Of a stretch of DNA of 29,605 nt, positions 1 to 7,956 are shown piece by piece. This stretch comes from a virus (taxonomy: Duplodnaviria > Heunggongvirae > Uroviricota > Caudoviricetes), in IMG/VR virus record IMGVR_UViG_2547132415_000023; one strand, written 5' to 3'. The notes beneath the pieces were generated by a model, which was not told the DNA's origin, ran no database searches, and saw only the letters and a list, made by a program, of their open reading frames with translations. Position numbers and translations under genes: made by a program. Within the stretch, counting starts at the first letter, position 1. Each line of letters begins with the position of its first letter.

Positions 1-17
1 AACACCAGCAAACAGAT

Positions 18-45
18 AAAAAAGGGCCAGCCAATTGGCCAGCCC
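18..45 (-). terminator. Rho-independent terminator candidate downstream of int (minus-strand transcript)
   Basis: On the minus strand 45..24 folds as a 9-bp GC-rich stem (two G.U wobbles) with an AAUU loop, followed by a U6 run (23..18). It lies 3' of the integrase gene on that strand. Confidence 0.55.
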
Positions 46-171
46 TTCTTAACAGGATGTCGCTTAAGCGAAATCTTAGTTAAGACGCTCCTATTTACAC
101 CCCGCAACAAACAAACGCTTACCATATAAAACAATTAGTTAAAGTAATTTTTAATGCAATGAATTGCAGTG

Positions 172-1221
172 TTATGCAACCTCTGCCGCCATATTGTCGC
201 CAACATACAGCGATAACGGATTAAGGGTTACAGCTTGTTCAAGGTGGTCAGGAGCAAAGTGTGCATACTTCATTGTTTCTCGAATATTGGCATGCCCGAG
301 AATTTTCTGCAGTACCAGTATATTCCCGCCGTTCATCATAAAATGCGCACCAAAAGTATGACGCAAAACGTGCGTCTTCTGCCCTTCCGTCAATTCAATA
401 TTCGTTAGTTTGAGCATCTTCTTAAACTCCTGATAGCAGGGTTTAAACATTCTGCCTTGACGTACGGACAACTCGTCGTACAGCCATTTAGGAATAGGAA
501 CTGTGCGATTCTTCTTACCTTTGGTTTTGGTGAACGTCAGTTTATATGGAGAAAGTTGAGGGCGGGTCAATCTCTCCGCTTCCCCCCATCGAGCGCCGGT
601 TGCAAGGCACACCTTAACAATCATGGTGAGGTCTTCTTTGCCGTATTGCTCACAGGCTCGAAACAGCTCCGGGAGCTGAGACAAAGTTAGCCAGGACATT
701 TCTTTCTCAGCCTCTTTGAATACTCGGATCCCATCAAGTGGATTGGGTAGGCTCCACTCCCCTAACCGGCGGAGCTCATTAAACACTGCTTCTAGGTATT
801 GTTGTTCGCGATTGACGGTTATAGGTTTGGCGATCCATTTCGAGGGGTCTTTATGATAACCGTTGTCTATTTCACCACGTAATCGACGGTCACGATAATG
901 AGCCCAGTCTTTCGCGGTAAGGCGAGATGCAATCGGGTCACCAAGCCCATTACATACGATTTGAAGCTTTGCTAACCTCGACTTACTGGCGACTAACGCT
1001 TGACCGTGCAAATTGTGCCAAAGCTGAATAATCTCGCTTAAGCGTCGGCGGTCTTCTTTCTTGCCAAGCCACGGCTTATCTTCACTCTCGCTTTTGGTAA
1101 ATGCTTCGAATGCCTCGGCCTCACCTTTGGTATTGAATTGCCGACGTATACGCCGCCCTTCTCGACCATTTGGATAGAGCTCGCATAACCATTTGCCATT
1201 TTTTTGCTTACTTACAGTCAT
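172..1221 (-). CDS. int: P2/186-type tyrosine integrase
   Basis: 349 aa ORF. N-terminus MTVSKQKNGKWLCELYPNGREGRRIRRQF and C-terminal HVLRHTF..GGNILVLQKILGH..MKYAH motifs (R..HxxR..Y catalytic region) are typical of P2/186 integrases. Terminal position next to the repressor gene fits. Confidence 0.92.
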   Translation of the reverse strand: MTVSKQKNGKWLCELYPNGREGRRIRRQFNTKGEAEAFEAFTKSESEDKPWLGKKEDRRRLSEIIQLWHNLHGQALVASKSRLAKLQIVCNGLGDPIASRLTAKDWAHYRDRRLRGEIDNGYHKDPSKWIAKPITVNREQQYLEAVFNELRRLGEWSLPNPLDGIRVFKEAEKEMSWLTLSQLPELFRACEQYGKEDLTMIVKVCLATGARWGEAERLTRPQLSPYKLTFTKTKGKKNRTVPIPKWLYDELSVRQGRMFKPCYQEFKKMLKLTNIELTEGQKTHVLRHTFGAHFMMNGGNILVLQKILGHANIRETMKYAHFAPDHLEQAVTLNPLSLYVGDNMAAEVA

Positions 1222-1243
1222 AATGTCACCGAGGCAACTCTAA

Positions 1244-1582
1244 TTATTCGCAAAGTGCTGTTGCGGCATCCATTACAGGATCCAAAGGAATTTTTACACC
1301 TGCATACTCTGGACTGTCTTTCCAAACAGCATCAATATTGCTCCCCTCAAGCTTTCCAGACTTTACTCCATCAATAGCAAAACCATTTAATGGGTATCGG
1401 TCATCAGTTGCTTTGTCGTATACAAAGGCATACTTACCGTTAACGCAAGACACCGTAGCTTTTTCAAAAGTTAACGGCCAATCCTCACCAAACTTAGCGC
1501 CATCTAAATCCTGTGTTTTTTCAGCGGCTAAGGAGCCAAAAGAAAAGGTAAGAAGCATAGCTAAAAAGAGTTTACGTTTCAT
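1244..1582 (-). CDS. Small secreted protein (cleavable signal peptide), cargo gene between cI and int; possibly YebY/DUF2511-like
   Basis: Likely true start at MKRKLFLAMLLTFSFGSLAAE (ATG at 1580-1582) with RBS AAGGGA upstream; the longer ORF to 1654 would overlap cI. N-terminus is basic then hydrophobic with an A-x-A-like cleavage site; two Cys in the mature part. It starts 9 nt after the cI stop on the same strand. Confidence 0.6.
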   Translation of the reverse strand: MKRKLFLAMLLTFSFGSLAAEKTQDLDGAKFGEDWPLTFEKATVSCVNGKYAFVYDKATDDRYPLNGFAIDGVKSGKLEGSNIDAVWKDSPEYAGVKIPLDPVMDAATALCE

Positions 1583-1590
1583 AATTTCCC

Positions 1591-2451
1591 TTATACGTGT
1601 TTTTCCAATGTGAAAACTACAACCCCGGCAGGCGTAATGTCGGTAATGTTGCATTCAAACTCAGCAGACTTATTTGACAACCTGACTTTTCCACCAGGTA
1701 AACGAATTACATCAAAAACATCAAGAGCGCCGTCGATATCAATTAACCAGCGACCATTACTTATATTCGAAGCAGAACAGTCGACAAGCCAAGAGGCAGC
1801 TACACCGTCAACAAAAATCAATTCCCCTGAGTTAGAAGGAATCATTGAGGGGTCAGGATGCCACGTTCCTGCATCCTTAAGCTCACCAGATTCAAGACGA
1901 GATTTTTTAATAGAAAAACCAGATGTGACATCTTCCCTGTTAGCTCGCATTTGCCCCTTGCCTGTTGCTAACCATTCCAGTGACGTATCGGTATCAAGAG
2001 CGCATGTAACAACAACATCACCAGGGAAAAAATCTCGCCTTACCCATGTGCTAATTGTGCCAGAGGAAATGCCGAGCAAATCACCGAGCTCCTTTTGCAT
2101 GGTAAAGCCATACGCATCAAGAATCCTACGCAAAACGGTTTTACCACCATTCGTCATAATCTCGTCATAAAGCTCTTTGCCTTTTAACTTGCAACTGGCT
2201 CGCTCGTGATTTGCATTTGCAAGCTCTCCATTTACAAGCCAATTGATATCAGCTCCCGTGTCAAGACAACACCTAACTATGACATTGCCAGGTATTGCAT
2301 CACGCTGAACCCAGCCGCTAACGCTGTGTTTAGCGATACCTAGCAGGTCAGCCAAATCCTTTTGCATCTTGACCCCATAGGCTGACATTAAGCGTTCCAA
2401 TACGCCGTTCGTTGCACTAACACGCCACTGAACATCAAGCTCAGAACTCAT
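1591..2451 (-). CDS. cI: 186-type CI immunity repressor with tandemly duplicated N-terminal HTH domain
   Basis: 286 aa. Residues ~14-75 (VLERLMSAYGVKMQKDLADLLGIAKHSVSGWVQRDAIPGNVIVRCCLDTGADINWLVNGE) and ~102-163 (VLRRILDAYGFTMQKELGDLLGISSGTISTWVRRDFFPGDVVVTCALDTDTSLEWLATGK) are clear internal repeats of a phage CI-type HTH domain. Divergent from the apl/cII operon and upstream of int, as in 186. Confidence 0.85.
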   Translation of the reverse strand: MSSELDVQWRVSATNGVLERLMSAYGVKMQKDLADLLGIAKHSVSGWVQRDAIPGNVIVRCCLDTGADINWLVNGELANANHERASCKLKGKELYDEIMTNGGKTVLRRILDAYGFTMQKELGDLLGISSGTISTWVRRDFFPGDVVVTCALDTDTSLEWLATGKGQMRANREDVTSGFSIKKSRLESGELKDAGTWHPDPSMIPSNSGELIFVDGVAASWLVDCSASNISNGRWLIDIDGALDVFDVIRLPGGKVRLSNKSAEFECNITDITPAGVVVFTLEKHV

Positions 2452-2460
2452 AAAAACCCC

Positions 2461-2497
2461 TACAGATAATTTTATGGGTGTTTACAGAAAACTTTTT
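2461..2497. promoter_or_regulatory. Direct repeats in the cI-apl divergent promoter region (candidate Apl/CI operator sites at pR/pL)
   Basis: TACAGATAATTTT (2461-2473) and TACAGAAAACTTTT (2483-2496) are spaced about two helical turns apart in the 121-bp gap between divergent cI and apl. Confidence 0.3.
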
Positions 2498-2572
2498 ACG
2501 ATCTATAGTGGCATTCATCGACCAAGATGCACACCACTGCACTACATTTCAAACAACAGGAGATAATGCGAT

Positions 2573-2944
2573 ATGTCAGATGCAAAATCAATCTCGACGC
2601 ACGACTCGCAAAACTCACAAAATCAAACTGTGCTGCTAGATCCAACACAGTTTGATGCCATCGTTACCGCCATGCTGCCAGCTCTACAGACAATGATTCG
2701 CTCCGCTATGTCAGACACGATGACTGTGAAAGACTTCGCCGCTACTCGCGGTGTTAGCGAGCGTCTGGTCTGGCAATGGCTCGATGAGGGAGTCCTTCTC
2801 AAAGCTCCGACCAAAGACTTTTCCAACAAAGAGGAAGCTGCTAAACGAAGCCGAACCCTCGTAAACGTAAAAGCATGGCGCGATAAGCTGACTCAACAAG
2901 CGATTGATTGTCGCTACATCGACCAGCGCACCGCTCTTAACTGA
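2573..2944 (+). CDS. apl: Apl/Cox-like excisionase and transcriptional regulator
   Basis: 123 aa, first gene of the rightward early operon, RBS CAGGAG 8 nt upstream. Internal HTH-like segment MTVKDFAATRGVSERLVWQWLDEG. Longer than classical Apl/Cox (~90 aa), so the N-terminal 30-odd residues may be an extension or the true start may be internal. Confidence 0.6.
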   Translation: MSDAKSISTHDSQNSQNQTVLLDPTQFDAIVTAMLPALQTMIRSAMSDTMTVKDFAATRGVSERLVWQWLDEGVLLKAPTKDFSNKEEAAKRSRTLVNVKAWRDKLTQQAIDCRYIDQRTALN

Positions 2945-2976
2945 ATTTGATTATGCAAGTTAGAGGGAATTTAACC

Positions 2977-3486
2977 ATGTTTGATTTTCAGGTTTCCAAA
3001 CATCCCCACTATGACGAAGCATGCCGCATTTTCGCACAGCGTCACAACATGGCGAAGCTGGCCGAGCGTGCAGGTATGAACGTTCAAACGTTACGTAACA
3101 AGCTCAACCCGGAACAGCCTCACCAGTTCACGCCGTCTGAATTGTGGCTGCTGACTGACCTGACCGAAGACTCAACCCTCATTGATGGTTTTTTAGCGCA
3201 GATTCACTGCCTACCATGCGTGCCGGTTAATGAGTTGGCTAAAGACAAATTGCAGTCTTATGTCATGCGCGCAATGCGTGAACTCGGCGAACTGGCGAGC
3301 GGCGCGGTATCTGATGAACGTCTGACCATTGCCCGTAAGCACAACATGATTGAAAGCGTTAACTCCGGCATTCGCATGTTGTCATTGTCGGCTCTGGCGC
3401 TGCATGCACGTCTGCAGACTAATCCAGCTATGTCGAGCGTGGTCGATACCATGAGCGGTATTGGCGCATCGTTTGGTCTGATTTGA
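2977..3486 (+). CDS. cII: 186-type CII lysogeny-establishment activator
   Basis: Sequence from MFDFQVSKHPHYDEACRIFAQRHNMAKLAERAGMNVQTLRNKLNPEQPHQF is CII-like with an HTH. I chose the ATG at 2977; the track ORF starts at 2947 in the same frame. Confidence 0.8.
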   Translation: MFDFQVSKHPHYDEACRIFAQRHNMAKLAERAGMNVQTLRNKLNPEQPHQFTPSELWLLTDLTEDSTLIDGFLAQIHCLPCVPVNELAKDKLQSYVMRAMRELGELASGAVSDERLTIARKHNMIESVNSGIRMLSLSALALHARLQTNPAMSSVVDTMSGIGASFGLI

Positions 3487-3493
3487 GGTGCGT

Positions 3494-3694
3494 ATGCTGA
3501 AAAGTGAACCGTCATTCGCATCTCTGCTCGTTAAGCAAAGCCCCGGCATGCACTACGGCCACGGCTGGATCGCAGGTAAGGACGGCAAGCGCTGGCACCC
3601 GAGCCACTCGCAGGCTGATTTACTGGCTGGCCTCTCTACTCAAAAGCGGGGGGGATCATGGCTATCGAAGCTGTTTCCGCGACTGTTCCGCTAA
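3494..3694 (+). CDS. Hypothetical small early protein (fil-position ORF)
   Basis: ATG at 3494 preceded by GAGGTG RBS; 66 aa; in the early operon after cII. No recognisable motif. Confidence 0.4.
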   Translation: MLKSEPSFASLLVKQSPGMHYGHGWIAGKDGKRWHPSHSQADLLAGLSTQKRGGSWLSKLFPRLFR

Positions 3695-3996
3695 AAGCGG
3701 GTGAACGTCTGGCCGGTCTCAATCATGTTGCCGAATTGCGCGCGAGATATTGGGGCGATAGCTGGAAAGAGGTTGAACGTTTTGTCGATGATATGCGCGA
3801 TAAACGTGACCCACAATTTGAAGAAAATAATCGGGCGCTGGCCGCTATTTTCTTTCTGGCAAAAATACCGGCGGCTCGTCATGAACTCGAATTAAGTGAG
3901 CTGACTACTGACGAGAAAAAGGCGCTTATTACAGCGATGAATCATTTTCGTGCAGTAGTGAGCTTATTTCCCAAACGGCTAACCATGCCGAATTAA
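3658..3996 (+). CDS. Hypothetical early protein
   Basis: 112 aa ORF in the rightward early operon, overlapping the previous ORF by ~37 nt. Not recognised. Confidence 0.45.
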   Translation: MAIEAVSATVPLKAGERLAGLNHVAELRARYWGDSWKEVERFVDDMRDKRDPQFEENNRALAAIFFLAKIPAARHELELSELTTDEKKALITAMNHFRAVVSLFPKRLTMPN

Positions 3997-4063
3997 TCCA
4001 AACAGAAATTTAATGGCGTAAACCCGCCGGGCATCTTATTGCCCGAAATCAGGAGAGTTAATT

Positions 4064-4291
4064 ATGCGTAATACCGAAATCCGTAGTTTTAACACTGATA
4101 GCGATGCGCTGGCCGTATTGCTGACCGATGCAAAAAAAGAAGAGCGTAAAGACCGCGCGCTCGCTGTTTCCATCCGCCTTGAGGCGCTGGCTATCCATAT
4201 TACCAGAGAGGGAATGAGCGGCACCGAAGCTGCCGAACTGCTGCGCCGTGAAGCAACCCGCTTTGAGAATGAATCACAGGAGCTGCACTAA
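4064..4291 (+). CDS. Hypothetical early protein
   Basis: 75 aa, RBS AGGAGAG upstream; its stop overlaps the next start (TAATG). Confidence 0.5.
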   Translation: MRNTEIRSFNTDSDALAVLLTDAKKEERKDRALAVSIRLEALAIHITREGMSGTEAAELLRREATRFENESQELH

Positions 4292-4512
4292 TGGCCGACG
4301 CAATGGATTTAGCACAACTGCGCGAGCAGGAAGACCGCGAACGCCACATCAGCAACGCACGCACCCGTATCGCTGCACCTTCCCGTTTTCTTTGCGAGGA
4401 ATGTGACGCACCAATCCCGGAAGCTCGCCGCATTGCGATTCCGGGCGTGGCTTTTTGCGTAACCTGCCAGCAAATCGCAGAGCTAAAAAACAAACACTAT
4501 CGGGGGGTATAA
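4291..4512 (+). CDS. TraR/DksA-family C4 zinc-finger protein
   Basis: 73 aa with CEECDAPIP....CVTCQ four-cysteine motif near the C-terminus; immediately upstream of gene A. Confidence 0.75.
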   Translation: MADAMDLAQLREQEDRERHISNARTRIAAPSRFLCEECDAPIPEARRIAIPGVAFCVTCQQIAELKNKHYRGV

Positions 4513-4513
4513 A

Positions 4514-6736
4514 TTGGCTGTTCAATTCGCTTATCCGTGGAACGTCCCACGGTCGGCAATCTCCAGCCCATACCTTACTTATGAGCAACAGCATCGCCGC
4601 GACCGTATGTTCGCGGCTTTGCTGCATGCAAAAAAGGTGCTTTCTCTCCAGCCCGACTGCGTGCGGTTAGATGTTTATCGCACTGCTGCGGTGCTGGAGC
4701 AAAATCAGGGTAGTCAACGAGCCAATGCATTTTTAATCAACTTCTGCAAAAAGGCATTGCCGCGTCTTGAAATGGTCGCAAAAAAATACGAATGCGCTGG
4801 TATCAACAGCAAGGTATCAACCGCTGTTTTTGGAAGTCATTTTGATACTCAGCAAATGCAATATCTGTCGTCACGCATGGTTAATATGGTCGCCCGATAT
4901 AACCGTCTCCCGGATATGTCGCGCGCTGATGTTGACCTGTTGGCCGCTGATATTGCTAATTTCATTCGTGGTGAACTTGCCAACATTAATGACCACGGAT
5001 TCGGCGAGCTTAAAACGCTGTACACCTGGTATATTCGTGCTGGCTTTATTTCCCTCCAATTTAACGTTATCCCACCACATTGGGAGCGGGTTGAAAAAAA
5101 ATATGTCGGTGCGGATGAAATCGCACCGGCTATCGCCAAAATGTTTAACGATGGGTGGTGGCGCGGTCGTTTGCGCCGTGTTGCAGCTACGTGGCGCGAA
5201 CACCTGCAAATTGCAGTCGGCAACGTCAGTAAGAAAAAAAACACTTACGCGAGTAAAAACTGCGTGACTGACTGGCGTGAACAAAAGCGCCGCACTCGTG
5301 AATTTCTCAAAGGTCTGGATCTCGAAGACGAAGACGGCAACCGTATCAGCCTGATTGAAAAATATGATGGCTCAGTTGCTAACCCTGCGATTCGCCGCTG
5401 TGAGCTCATGACCCGCATTCGTGGGTTTGAAAACATCTGTAATGAGCTCGGTTATGTCGGTGAGTTTTACACTCTAACCGCGCCGTCAAAATATCACGCC
5501 ACGACTAAAGCCGGTTACCGTAACAGCAAATGGAGCGGTGCCAGCCCGGCTGACACGCAAAACTATCTAACCGGTATCTGGGCGCGTATCCGTGCCAAAC
5601 TACATCGGGAAGATGTCCGTATTTTCGGTATTCGTGTCGCCGAGCCTCATCACGACGGCACTCCACACTGGCACATGCTGATGTTCATGCTGCCGGAAGA
5701 TGTTGAATATGTTCGCTCCATCGTCCGTAAATACGCATGGAAAGAAGACCGCCACGAACTGAAAAGCGATAAATCCAAAAAAGCACGTTTCCACGCCGAG
5801 TCCATTGACCCGGAGAAAGGCAGCGCAACCGGCTATGTTGCTAAATACATCTCAAAAAATATCGACGGTTATGCTCTCGATGGTGAAACCGATGATGAAA
5901 GCGGTGAGCTGCTGAAAGAGACAGCCCCCGCCGTTTCAGCATGGGCTGCGCGCTGGCACATCCGTCAGTTTCAGTTTATTGGTGGTGCGCCGGTGACGGT
6001 TTACCGTGAGTTGCGTCGCCTCGCTGATACCGAAACCGCGCACGGTCTGAGCGTTGAGTTTGCCGCCGTCCATGATGCCGCCGACGCTGGTGACTGGGCT
6101 GGTTATGTTAATGCTCAGGGTGGGCCGTTTGTCCGTCGCGATGATTTACAGGTGCGCACACTGTATGAACCGCGTACCGAGCTTAATCAGTACGGTGAGG
6201 AAACGGTATGTATTAAGGGGGTCTACGATTCCTCCATAGGTGCAGGAAGCCCGATTTTAACCCGGCTCACTCAGTGGAAGATTGTTCCGAAGCGTGCTGT
6301 TGATTTGGCCGTTGACCTTCAGGACGGCAAAGCCGTCCCTCGGAGTTCTGTCAATAACTGTACGGGAAGCGAAAGCGATCCACCGATACTGGATTTAACA
6401 AAACCACTGAGTCGGCGTGAAAGACGAGAATTGACCAACCGACTCAGGAAGCAAAAGCCAGCAGCACGGCGAAAATTCATCCACGGAACGGATGAGCAAA
6501 ACGCAGCTATAGCTAAAACTATCGACGAGATACATCTGACAACCGGCATTAATATCAGCCGGGGCGAAGCCCTGCACCTGATGGCCGGTGGTAAAAGTTG
6601 TTTTGATGGTAAATGGCTACGCGGAACGGCCAAAGGAGAAATATTTTCCGCAGCACCATCGCATGAGGCTAAAGCTCGGAAAATCCTTAATCGTGTTGCG
6701 GCGATGGCTGAAGCATCAAAACCAATACATGAGTAA
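4514..6736 (+). CDS. A: Replication initiation endonuclease gpA (rolling-circle initiator)
   Basis: 740 aa. HxH metal motif region EPHHDGTPHWHMLMF and catalytic-tyrosine region GYVAKYISKNIDGYA are typical of P2/186 A proteins. Position after the early genes fits. Confidence 0.9.
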   Translation: MAVQFAYPWNVPRSAISSPYLTYEQQHRRDRMFAALLHAKKVLSLQPDCVRLDVYRTAAVLEQNQGSQRANAFLINFCKKALPRLEMVAKKYECAGINSKVSTAVFGSHFDTQQMQYLSSRMVNMVARYNRLPDMSRADVDLLAADIANFIRGELANINDHGFGELKTLYTWYIRAGFISLQFNVIPPHWERVEKKYVGADEIAPAIAKMFNDGWWRGRLRRVAATWREHLQIAVGNVSKKKNTYASKNCVTDWREQKRRTREFLKGLDLEDEDGNRISLIEKYDGSVANPAIRRCELMTRIRGFENICNELGYVGEFYTLTAPSKYHATTKAGYRNSKWSGASPADTQNYLTGIWARIRAKLHREDVRIFGIRVAEPHHDGTPHWHMLMFMLPEDVEYVRSIVRKYAWKEDRHELKSDKSKKARFHAESIDPEKGSATGYVAKYISKNIDGYALDGETDDESGELLKETAPAVSAWAARWHIRQFQFIGGAPVTVYRELRRLADTETAHGLSVEFAAVHDAADAGDWAGYVNAQGGPFVRRDDLQVRTLYEPRTELNQYGEETVCIKGVYDSSIGAGSPILTRLTQWKIVPKRAVDLAVDLQDGKAVPRSSVNNCTGSESDPPILDLTKPLSRRERRELTNRLRKQKPAARRKFIHGTDEQNAAIAKTIDEIHLTTGINISRGEALHLMAGGKSCFDGKWLRGTAKGEIFSAAPSHEAKARKILNRVAAMAEASKPIHE

Positions 6737-6812
6737 TTCATATCCATATCATGCACATACAGCAATCGCTCTATTCGTTTTTTTTCTTCCCATCTTTTGC
6801 CAATACGTGATA

Positions 6813-6828
6813 CTGTATAAATATACAG
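6813..6828. promoter_or_regulatory. LexA (SOS) box overlapping the promoter of the downstream small ORF
   Basis: CTGTATAAATATACAG (CTGT-N8-ACAG), within TACTGTATAAATATACAGTA, a 19/20 match to the palindromic enterobacterial SOS-box consensus. 22 bp upstream of the ORF starting at 6850 (RBS GGGAGGG); possible -35 TTGCCA at 6797-6802. Confidence 0.75.
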
Positions 6829-6849
6829 TAACCCTATGGGAGGGATTTC

Positions 6850-7032
6850 ATGGTTGGCGAACATTTCAGCCGAACGCAGCAAAAGTGGGCTTGTGTGCAA
6901 TTTATTGCCGAGGTATCTCTGATTGCAAACTGCAAGCCATCAGACTTAAAGCTCGCGCTCACTCTCATTGCAGACCTAGCAAACAGCGAAAATAACGAAA
7001 CCGAAGATGATAATTTTTATAAGGCTGATTAG
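6850..7032 (+). CDS. SOS-controlled small protein, candidate Tum-like antirepressor N-terminal part
   Basis: 60 aa ORF directly behind the LexA box with a strong RBS. Ends at TAG 7030-7032, in frame with the following DinI-like ORF. Confidence 0.5.
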   Translation: MVGEHFSRTQQKWACVQFIAEVSLIANCKPSDLKLALTLIADLANSENNETEDDNFYKAD

Positions 7033-7035
7033 ATT

Positions 7036-7266
7036 ATGAGAATCAATATCACGTTGGATAAAGAGCAAAAATTAGGGCAACAGATCATTGATGCTTTTCA
7101 GAATGAAATAACACATCGAGTACAATGCGTTTTTCCTGCAACAAAAGTTAACGTTAAGAAAGGGTCAATGACTAGTGTAGAGGCTATCGGATTCGATAAA
7201 GAGACGGACAGAGAAACATTAGGCAGCATATTACAAGAGATTTGGGAAGACGATAGCTGGCGTTAA
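7036..7266 (+). CDS. DinI-family protein
   Basis: 76 aa: MRINITLDK...IIDAF..EITHRVQCVFP...ILQEIWEDDSW matches the DinI pattern (MRIEVTI...RRIQYAFP...ILQETWE..DDW). Same frame as the preceding ORF. Confidence 0.75.
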   Translation: MRINITLDKEQKLGQQIIDAFQNEITHRVQCVFPATKVNVKKGSMTSVEAIGFDKETDRETLGSILQEIWEDDSWR

Positions 7267-7308
7267 ACATAATAACCGTGCTGGCGCAAAAACTAGCTTT
7301 TTGCGTCG

Positions 7309-7349
7309 GCGGGGTTGAGTAACGAGCCCACGAGGCTTAAGTCCTGCCT
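7309..7349. repeat. Imperfect ~40-bp direct repeat, copy 1
   Basis: GGCGGGGTTGAGTAACGAGCCCACGAGGC... compared with GGCGGGGTTGAACAACGAGCTACGCGAGGC... at 7711; each follows a small hairpin placed just after a stop codon. Confidence 0.45.
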
Positions 7350-7465
7350 TTCAAAATTTCTCAATGTGCTATTAATGACACGCCCATGATTAATGAGGCA
7401 TGACCTGAGATGGTTTTATAGTGGCGTTTTGACGGCACTGATTAAAATTCATTGAGGGCGATAAT

Positions 7466-7693
7466 ATGCATCGACTATCAGGTGAAATTCCGCATCACAA
7501 AACCAAAAGCATCAAACTGATGGCCATCGTTCATCGTCTGCAGCAGATAATGGTCAATGAGAATTTGACACCCACAGAGCTGGTCGGGTGTGCCGAAATA
7601 GTCAGGGATAATTACGGCAAGCTGGATAGCATCAGCAGGCCGATACAATACGCCCCCCACCACGTCGACGATAGCAAACGTCGTCAGCGCTGA
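7466..7693 (+). CDS. Hypothetical small protein
   Basis: 75 aa ORF with GAGGGCG RBS, bracketed by the two ~40-bp direct repeats. No recognisable motif. Confidence 0.35.
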   Translation: MHRLSGEIPHHKTKSIKLMAIVHRLQQIMVNENLTPTELVGCAEIVRDNYGKLDSISRPIQYAPHHVDDSKRRQR

Positions 7694-7710
7694 AACTTGT
7701 TTTCAGGGCT

Positions 7711-7752
7711 GGCGGGGTTGAACAACGAGCTACGCGAGGCGTTAGCCCGCCC
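7711..7752. repeat. Imperfect ~40-bp direct repeat, copy 2
   Basis: See copy 1; about 80% identical over ~40 bp. Confidence 0.45.
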
Positions 7753-7956
7753 CGTAGAGACCGCTCCAAACCGTCGCCCTGAATGCCGGTTTTTTTATGT
7801 CATTTTCCCGCGATTTCCCCGTTTTTTAGCCGTGCATGCATCAGGTGCATGGTTTTGCATGCGTCAGTCTTGCCCCTTCTGTCCGTGCGCCGCCAGAGCT
7901 GGCGCGGATCCAGAGTTGTCATGCAACTGCATTAAAACCGACCCATAAAGCGGGCA

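Noticed and set aside
164-361. 65-aa plus-strand ORF at the left end
   Set aside because: Lies almost entirely within the integrase coding region on the opposite strand.
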